From a virus, in IMG/VR virus record IMGVR_UViG_3300047548_000777, positions 1-64,000 of that record: a stretch of 64,000 bases of DNA, one strand, 5' to 3'. Below the pieces are notes generated by a model. The model was not told the DNA's origin, did not search any database, and was given only the letters and a program-made list of their open reading frames with translations. This document shows, one piece after another, positions 58,307-64,000 of the stretch. The position numbers were made by a program, and so were the translations under genes. How positions within the stretch are numbered: position 1 is the stretch's first letter; the number at the start of each line of letters is the position of its first letter.

Positions 58307-58323
58307 ATATGTATTTATCATAT

Positions 58324-58352
58324 AAAGAAAAAGGCTTCCGAAGAAGCCTTTT
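58324..58352 (-). terminator. UUCG-loop intrinsic terminator after the orphan capsid tail
   Basis: AAAAGGCTTC-TTCG-GAAGCCTTTTTCTTT. Confidence 0.9.
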
Positions 58353-58374
58353 ATTGGGGGTGTTACTCAGTTAA

Positions 58375-58437
58375 TTAACTAAACTTGACTGCGCCAGAAG
58401 CGATAGCAACCTTACCTAAGTAATCTGCGGCATTTCC
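58375..58437 (-). pseudogene. Orphan duplicate of the last 20 codons plus stop of the major capsid gene
   Basis: Translates GNAADYLGKVAIASGAVKFS*, identical to the MCP end; 53/63 nt identical to 59757-59819. Confidence 0.95.
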
Positions 58438-58447
58438 TACGGAAACT

Positions 58448-58750
58448 TTATAGTGGTAATTGAGAACTAAGTTCTAGTATTCGATCTTTCATTTCAATTA
58501 GTTCGTTGTTTGTTTTTTCAATATCTGGATCATTTTTATCAGGATAATTGATATTTAAAATACTATCGATTACAGAAATAAATTCCTCAACGTTATTTAA
58601 AATCATTGCAGATCTAGAAGGAGATCTTAATCTTATCAAAATATTTAAAGATTTTTCAAGTATATCATATGTATGTTTTACAGAATCAATATCTACTCCG
58701 CGCATGTTAGACCATAATAAATTCTTATCAGTTATTTCAAATATTCTCAC
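58448..58750 (-). CDS. Hypothetical cargo protein (100 aa)
   Basis: AGGAGA SD before GTG; begins MRIFEITD; AT-rich. Confidence 0.65.
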   Translation of the reverse strand: MRIFEITDKNLLWSNMRGVDIDSVKHTYDILEKSLNILIRLRSPSRSAMILNNVEEFISVIDSILNINYPDKNDPDIEKTNNELIEMKDRILELSSQLPL

Positions 58751-58886
58751 CAAGAGATCTCCTATGCTCTAATTCTTTGATTAGATCCGTTAAATCAGAT
58801 TCTGCTTGATGACGCAAATCATTAATTTTTTTGTTTATTTCTCTAATTTTGTTAATTGTATCTTCAGATAAATTTTTATTTTCCAT
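58737..58886 (-). CDS. Small coiled-coil cargo protein (49 aa)
   Basis: My translation: MENKNLSEDTINKIREINKKINDLRHQAESDLTDLIKELEHRRSLGENI*; ATG 2 nt after the HNH stop. Not in the ORF track. Confidence 0.55.
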   Translation of the reverse strand: MENKNLSEDTINKIREINKKINDLRHQAESDLTDLIKELEHRRSLGENI

Positions 58887-58888
58887 AA

Positions 58889-59656
58889 TTATTCCGTTTT
58901 AAGTTTACAATTATCCCCGTGCCATCTAGCATATCCATTAACTGCAACTAACTGATTGCAATGAGGGCACTGCTTCTTTTCTCGTTTCATATTTAAAGCC
59001 CGCTGTGTTTCTGCTCGACGCACAACTACTTCCGGATCTTGTTTTCGCCCAGACAATGATTCACTTATCTTTTTCTTTGTATCTTCTGATACATTAATCC
59101 CAAATCTATTATTATTTTCTCCTTGTTTAGAAGCAGATAACTTTCCTCTCCATTCTTTAGAAAAAGGCTTGCGTTTTTTTCCTAATTTACTGGCAGATAT
59201 CTTCGCTCTTGCCTCTAGTTGTTTAGCACCGTTATTTTCACCGGTAACTGCTGCTCGTTGTCTTTCTGTTCCTTCTGCACTACGGTAAAATTTGTCTCCG
59301 TACATAGGATTTTTCTCGCCAGAGTATCGTTCACTTTGTAACATAGAGTATTCTTCTTTCAAATTTTCATATACTCTAGCTGTAACTTTTGTTTTATATC
59401 GTTGTTGGCGGGAATTTTCTGCTTGCATCATTCTAAATGCGTTAATCATTTTCCAGTGTGCTTCACCGGTAGGGTATATTTTTGTTAATAACCAATGGCA
59501 TATAAAATGTTCGCGGGCAGTTAAATCAGTTAAATTTTCAATGGAATCATCGCCGCCTAGACTTTTTGGCAGTATGTGATGTTTTTCTGTATAACCATCT
59601 CTAAGTGCTTTTCCTACAGTTGTAATAGCTACATACCATTTTTTGTATTTGTTCAT
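58889..59656 (-). mobile_element. Free-standing HNH homing endonuclease with NUMOD3-like repeats
   Basis: EKHHILPKSLGG.D...NL..LTAREHFICHWLL; GEKNPMYG, SEDTKKKISESLSG; C-terminal CPHC...RWHGDNC. Confidence 0.88.
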
Positions 59657-59661
59657 AACTT

Positions 59662-59712
59662 TATTTATATTCGATAACTCAACATAATACATTAAAAATA
59701 AAATTAAGTCAA
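59662..59712 (-). promoter_or_regulatory. Sigma70-type plus late promoter for the HNH gene
   Basis: TTGACT (59712-59707)-17-TATTAT (59689-59684); TATAAATA at 59669-59662. Confidence 0.7.
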
Positions 59713-59738
59713 GAAAAAACCCGCCGAAGCGGGTTTTT
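59711..59738 (-). terminator. UUCG-loop intrinsic terminator after the capsid gene
   Basis: AAAAACCCGC-TTCG-GCGGGTTTTTTCTT. Confidence 0.92.
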
Positions 59739-59756
59739 GATATATTAAATGCTCAA

Positions 59757-60932
59757 TTAAGAGAACTTAACAGCACCAGAAGCAATAGCAACCTTACCTA
59801 AGTAATCTGCAGCGTTACCTAGAGAGCTAGCAGTATTACTCAATTCCACGTAGCCATATCTCGTCATAAAGCTTACGACTGGTTCGAATGTAGACGGATC
59901 TAGAACAACACCAGAGCTCATTAGAGGAACATATGGGCAATAGAATGCAGCAGCGTCTGCTTCGCTGGAACCCTTATATCCAACTAGGATATCAGCGTTA
60001 TCAGCAGCATATGTGTTAACATAGATCTTCATTGCGTTGTTTAGTGTACCAACGAACTTGGTGTTTGTTGGAGCTTCAAAAGTACCTTCTGTAGTACGAG
60101 CAAATGCACTAGTAGTAGCAGATTGTAGAATTGTTAAAGCTAGTGGGCTAACAACTGCCCAGTTACCTGCGCCACGACGTGTACGCTGAGCGATTAAGTT
60201 AGCAACACGGTTGATCTGAACAGCTAAAGCAGCGTGCTCGTCACCAACGAAAGTAGCAGTACCGCTAACAGCAGACTGGTCATAAGTCTGTAGAGCAGCA
60301 CCTGCTAGGTTGTTTAAAGAACCTAGAACTTCTTGATCGATTTCAGCAGTAATTTCTTGTGCTAGAGCAGCCATGATTTCTGCTTCGATATCGATACCTT
60401 GTTGAGCTTGTGCATCTTGTGCAGCTTCGAAAGTCCAACGTGCGCTTAGTTTGCGTGTCTTGGCTTCGACGGTCTGCTTTAAGATTTGAATGCTCATTCT
60501 GTTACCAGCAGTACCTTCTAACGCAGCAGTATTAGCAGCCTTAGCAGCATTTGCATTTTGGTTACCAGAATAAGCTTCAGCAATCTTGAATGGGCTGAAT
60601 GCTTCTTCACCAGCTACAACGCCAGCGCCAGTGCTTGTATCACTGTAGCGAACACGTAGAGTATGAATTTGGCCAACTGGACCAGTTAGAGGCTGAACAC
60701 CAACTAGTTCGTTAGCAATAACGGTTGGCATAACGCGACGAATAACCGGTAGAATAACACGGTTTAGTGTTGCAACGTTACCAGCAGAAGTAGCGCCAGC
60801 TGTAGCACTTTCTGCAAGATACTTGCGTGTATTTTCTAATGTTACAGCCATTGTGGATTTACGGGTGCCGCGTAGGCCTTCTAATAGGGCTTCCTTGGTC
60901 TCGTTCCAACGGCCAGTGAGTAGTTCTGACAT
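59757..60932 (-). CDS. Major capsid protein (gp23-like)
   Basis: VGVQPLTGPVGQI, VEAKTRKL.A.WT.EAAQD, EITAEIDQE, FYCPYVPL, TFEPVVSFMTRYG; strong codon bias. Confidence 0.97.
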   Translation of the reverse strand: MSELLTGRWNETKEALLEGLRGTRKSTMAVTLENTRKYLAESATAGATSAGNVATLNRVILPVIRRVMPTVIANELVGVQPLTGPVGQIHTLRVRYSDTSTGAGVVAGEEAFSPFKIAEAYSGNQNANAAKAANTAALEGTAGNRMSIQILKQTVEAKTRKLSARWTFEAAQDAQAQQGIDIEAEIMAALAQEITAEIDQEVLGSLNNLAGAALQTYDQSAVSGTATFVGDEHAALAVQINRVANLIAQRTRRGAGNWAVVSPLALTILQSATTSAFARTTEGTFEAPTNTKFVGTLNNAMKIYVNTYAADNADILVGYKGSSEADAAAFYCPYVPLMSSGVVLDPSTFEPVVSFMTRYGYVELSNTASSLGNAADYLGKVAIASGAVKFS

Positions 60933-60947
60933 GTATATCTCCTTGAA

Positions 60948-62039
60948 TTATAATCCAGCTAAACGACGAATTGCAATAATGTTTGTGTCGTTTTCGCTAC
61001 TACTTATGCTGTTAGGAATTTTATTTCCTGTTACTTCTTTTGCCTCTACTAGCGCCTTACGTGTGTTAGGAGCAGCTTTACCGGCAACTACCGCTGGCAA
61101 GTATTTTTCAAAACTTGCACGTAGCTTAGTAGTTTGAACGCTTTCTAGTAATTCATTCATAATTACCTTTTGCTCACGAGCCAAAGGTGCTAATAATTCA
61201 TTCATTACTTCTTGACGTTCTTTGCTCTCCATTAGAGCCTTAATTTTTTGTTCTTTGCTTTCTAAGAGTCGTTTCGTTGCATTGGCTTCTTTACGTGCTT
61301 CGGCAACTGCGGATTCTTTCAGGTTTATAACCTTGAGCAATTTACTAATTTCTGATTTTTCGCTTAGATAACTTGTTTGGTACTCGCTTGCAAAAGCTTC
61401 AAACAATTTACGTCCGAAGTCGTTACGACGTGCTGCCTCGATATCTTCACGTAGTTGACTCATCTCTTTAGCTAGAGTTTGTTCAACTGCGCCTTCGACT
61501 ACGACTGCTGCTCTCTTGATAAACTGATCTTTTACTTTAGCAAATGCTTCGCGACCCTCACGAATTAAACGAACCTTTGTTTCTGCAAGTTCTTGTTTAT
61601 CTGTGTGGAACTCTGCAATTTCCTGTGCTAGAGCTTCTACTACAAACTGTTCAAGTTTAAAAAACTTGTCAGTCATTTGCTTTTGATCTTCATGCAATTC
61701 TTTTACTTCGGATGCTAGTTGCTTGACAACAAAATGCTTCATTGTTTCTGCGACGCGCTTGCCTTCCATTACAACCTTAGCTTTTGCTTCGGCTAATTGC
61801 ATACGATCTTCAACAAATTGAGCAATTTCTTCACGTAGTTGGTCACCCAACATACGATCTACAGCCTCGACCATGATACTTTTATCATGTTCGTAGCGCT
61901 GTGCAAATTCCTCACGTAGCTGTTGAGTTACTTGGGTACGATTCTCAGTGATTCGCTTTTCCCAAGCAGACTCAATTTCTGCTTTAACTTGTTCAGAAAT
62001 CACATTGTTTTCAAACAGGCTTTTTAATGCTTCCAACAT
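60948..62039 (-). CDS. Prohead core scaffold protein (gp22-like)
   Basis: Long E/K coiled coil between protease and MCP; GRKLFEAF. Confidence 0.85.
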   Translation of the reverse strand: MLEALKSLFENNVISEQVKAEIESAWEKRITENRTQVTQQLREEFAQRYEHDKSIMVEAVDRMLGDQLREEIAQFVEDRMQLAEAKAKVVMEGKRVAETMKHFVVKQLASEVKELHEDQKQMTDKFFKLEQFVVEALAQEIAEFHTDKQELAETKVRLIREGREAFAKVKDQFIKRAAVVVEGAVEQTLAKEMSQLREDIEAARRNDFGRKLFEAFASEYQTSYLSEKSEISKLLKVINLKESAVAEARKEANATKRLLESKEQKIKALMESKERQEVMNELLAPLAREQKVIMNELLESVQTTKLRASFEKYLPAVVAGKAAPNTRKALVEAKEVTGNKIPNSISSSENDTNIIAIRRLAGL

Positions 62040-62052
62040 GTGTTTCTCCTCG

Positions 62053-62688
62053 TTATTGGAGTCCGCCTATTATGCGTAATAGGCTTTCTTTAATATATGT
62101 TTGCGCCTTAGGATCGCCCTGCACCTCCTTCGCTATACGAAGGCTACTATATCCCCCACGAGTATTCATGAGGTGTTCGTAAATCGGTGTAGGATACGCT
62201 CCTGGAGCACTTGGTTGAGCTACCACATCAACTGTGATAATTTCAAAATCTGATACTTCACCGGAACCGTCTTCTTTGACGTTCCCGGATCCGCGACTAC
62301 TGACTCCTAACTTAACCCCACTGGTCAACATAGCTTTAACTAGTTCTCCCATTGGGGTAGGTAGGATTTTTAATTTTCCATAACCGTCTGTGCCATCCAT
62401 CCACATTTCTGTAATCATATGACTTACACGGTCAAGGTTAATTCTTAGGTCATCTGGATGATCAACTTCGCCTAAAACTGAATAGCCACCTGCGATTTGA
62501 TCGTTCAGGGTCTTGACAGCCCTAGCAATCTCTCTTGCAGGATAAACACGCTGATTTTGATTCCGCTTGTCACCTTGGATAAAGATACCTTTCATATAAA
62601 GGTTCTTACCACCAGTGCCCTCATCGGATTCAACGACCACTTTCGCCTGGTCGAAACTCAGATTTTCACGAAGATAATTCATCGTCAT
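62053..62688 (-). CDS. Prohead protease (gp21-like)
   Basis: GIFIQ...NQNQRVYP, GEVDHP, VSH, GVSSRGSG, DVVAQPSAPGAY. Confidence 0.95.
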   Translation of the reverse strand: MTMNYLRENLSFDQAKVVVESDEGTGGKNLYMKGIFIQGDKRNQNQRVYPAREIARAVKTLNDQIAGGYSVLGEVDHPDDLRINLDRVSHMITEMWMDGTDGYGKLKILPTPMGELVKAMLTSGVKLGVSSRGSGNVKEDGSGEVSDFEIITVDVVAQPSAPGAYPTPIYEHLMNTRGGYSSLRIAKEVQGDPKAQTYIKESLLRIIGGLQ

Positions 62689-62694
62689 ACCTTC

Positions 62695-63642
62695 TTACTT
62701 TGCTCTTTTCGGAGCACCATTGATAGGGCTACCTGCGCTCTTGTCGCCGTTGTCTCCACTACCTTTTCTTTCAGCACCGTGTCCTGGTTCTTTTTTCTTG
62801 AATGCTGTTTTACCAGCTTTTCCGCCAGGAACATTAATGTTGCCGAAATTTTCTTCTTTAGCAGTTGGCTTTAGTAGACCGCTTTGTACGCCCTTACCGC
62901 CAGCTTCGCCGCCCTTCACGATATTGGCAGTTGTACCGCCCATGTCGTTCTTCATGTTATCAATAACGCTCTTTACATTATCACCGTTGTCGCCAGAAGA
63001 TTTCTTTTCAGCACCGTGGCCGCCGCTGACTTTTTCAATGTACTCACGCATAAATGCTGTGGCATCGAAACTGTCTTTGATTTCTTCTTCCTCTTCCTCT
63101 TCTTCTTCGCCTTCTTCGTCGCCCATGTCCATTTCGTCATCAGCTTCGTCGTCTGCTTCGCCCTCTTCGCCACCGAAGTCCATGCCTTCAGGTTCTTCTT
63201 CGCCTTCTTCGTCGCCCATCATTTGCTCAAATTCGGCACGTAGGTCATCTAATGCGTCTTCTAGATCCATAACACGATCTTCTAGATCGCCTTCTCCTTC
63301 AGCACCATCCATGTCCATATCGGAATCCATGTCAGAATCCATATCGGAATCTGCATCGATGTCGCCCATGAAGTCATCTGTAGCATCTCCGCCGACTTCA
63401 CCGTCGTCTTCGCTACCGAATGGATCGGCGCCCATTTCGTCATCTTCGTCTTCAGTTTCACGGAAGGTAACTTCCATACCCTCGTCAACTTCTTCATCGT
63501 CATCTAGCTCTTCGGCTAAGATGGATTCATATATTTCGCGTGACTTTTCAACTACTAGTTGGTGAAATACTTCACGCGCTTTATCTTGTTCTTCACTAAT
63601 TAAATACTCGAGCATCTGCTCGAACTTGCTTCGGTCAGTCAT
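62695..63642 (-). CDS. Highly acidic prohead core protein
   Basis: 315 aa with D/E tracts and a basic Gly-rich tail; directly upstream of the protease, where T4 has gp67/gp68. Confidence 0.7.
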   Translation of the reverse strand: MTDRSKFEQMLEYLISEEQDKAREVFHQLVVEKSREIYESILAEELDDDEEVDEGMEVTFRETEDEDDEMGADPFGSEDDGEVGGDATDDFMGDIDADSDMDSDMDSDMDMDGAEGEGDLEDRVMDLEDALDDLRAEFEQMMGDEEGEEEPEGMDFGGEEGEADDEADDEMDMGDEEGEEEEEEEEEIKDSFDATAFMREYIEKVSGGHGAEKKSSGDNGDNVKSVIDNMKNDMGGTTANIVKGGEAGGKGVQSGLLKPTAKEENFGNINVPGGKAGKTAFKKKEPGHGAERKGSGDNGDKSAGSPINGAPKRAK

Positions 63643-63736
63643 TGTTTATTCTCCTTTAAGGTTGTAAGGCTGTCAAATATATTTACATATAATTGTAAAT
63701 TCTATACGGAAATAGTGATTTTTTGAATGTTTTTAT

Positions 63737-63979
63737 TTACATCGCCGGCTGAGCAGGTGGTTTATACATTTGTTCAATGAATTCTAATTCTTTTTCCTGC
63801 TCTAAAATATGTTGTTCAGATGCTTGCCGTAGCTGTTTGATCTGTTCTAATGTTAGGCGAGTTTTGCGTGTATCTTTACGCTTTATCGGCATGAGAGAGT
63901 CTCGGCTACCGTCGTAACGCATGTCGTTAGACACCGAACGGGTGTCTTGATCCATATAAAATAGTTCTCTCAATATCAT
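63737..63979 (-). CDS. Small head-module protein
   Basis: 80 aa, MILRELF...DTRKTRLTL; ATG 5 nt after TATAAATA. Confidence 0.72.
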   Translation of the reverse strand: MILRELFYMDQDTRSVSNDMRYDGSRDSLMPIKRKDTRKTRLTLEQIKQLRQASEQHILEQEKELEFIEQMYKPPAQPAM

Positions 63980-64000
63980 ATTATTATTTATACAATTGGG

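Noticed and set aside
58375-58475. +1 frameshift fusing the 100-aa cargo protein to the orphan capsid tail
   Set aside because: The +1 frame is open for the last few codons, but there is no convincing bacterial shift site or stimulator.
58438-59756. Group I intron in the capsid gene
   Set aside because: The capsid gene is complete with stop and terminator, the interval is filled by ORFs, and no P/Q/R/S core is recognisable.
58375-59819. Diversity-generating retroelement template/variable repeat pair
   Set aside because: Differences are synonymous and not adenine-specific; no reverse transcriptase is in the window.
28245-63565. Numerous plus-strand shadow ORFs (e.g. 38071-38955, 40844-41608, 62720-63565)
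   Set aside because: They are antisense to well-supported genes, explained by codon bias, and lack expression signals.
1-64000. Stop-codon reassignment or inteins in core genes
   Set aside because: Genes tile densely under the standard code; terminase, UvsW, UvsX and MCP have normal lengths with no splice motifs.

Overview
A 64-kb segment of a large T4-related (jumbo) myophage genome, AT-rich, standard genetic code, mostly encoded on the minus strand. Read in transcription order (right to left), it contains: prohead core, protease, scaffold and major capsid genes; two free-standing homing-endonuclease insertions; an Ig-domain putative head decoration gene; about 28 kb of giant fibre/virion proteins; a NUDIX gene with gp15/gp14/gp13 neck genes; an amidoligase; dNMP kinase; tail sheath and tube; gp4; both terminase subunits; and a gp32/UvsX/UvsY/UvsW recombination module. 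No tRNA, rRNA, CRISPR array or reverse transcriptase was seen. The best candidates for new biology are: (1) 57.4-59.8 kb, where each endonuclease insertion is bracketed by a duplicate of the element it appears to interrupt. One duplicate is a synonymously recoded copy of the last 20 capsid codons; the other is two covarying copies of an unrecognised three-hairpin 5'-leader RNA. (2) Nine helical repeats with an invariant C-x-R-D motif resembling the bilin-attachment site of phycobiliproteins, in two adjacent virion proteins. (3) Late promoters placed exactly 5 nt before ATG, implying leaderless mRNAs, plus a probable AUU start for gp14. All protein assignments are by eye from motifs and gene order; no database search was run.
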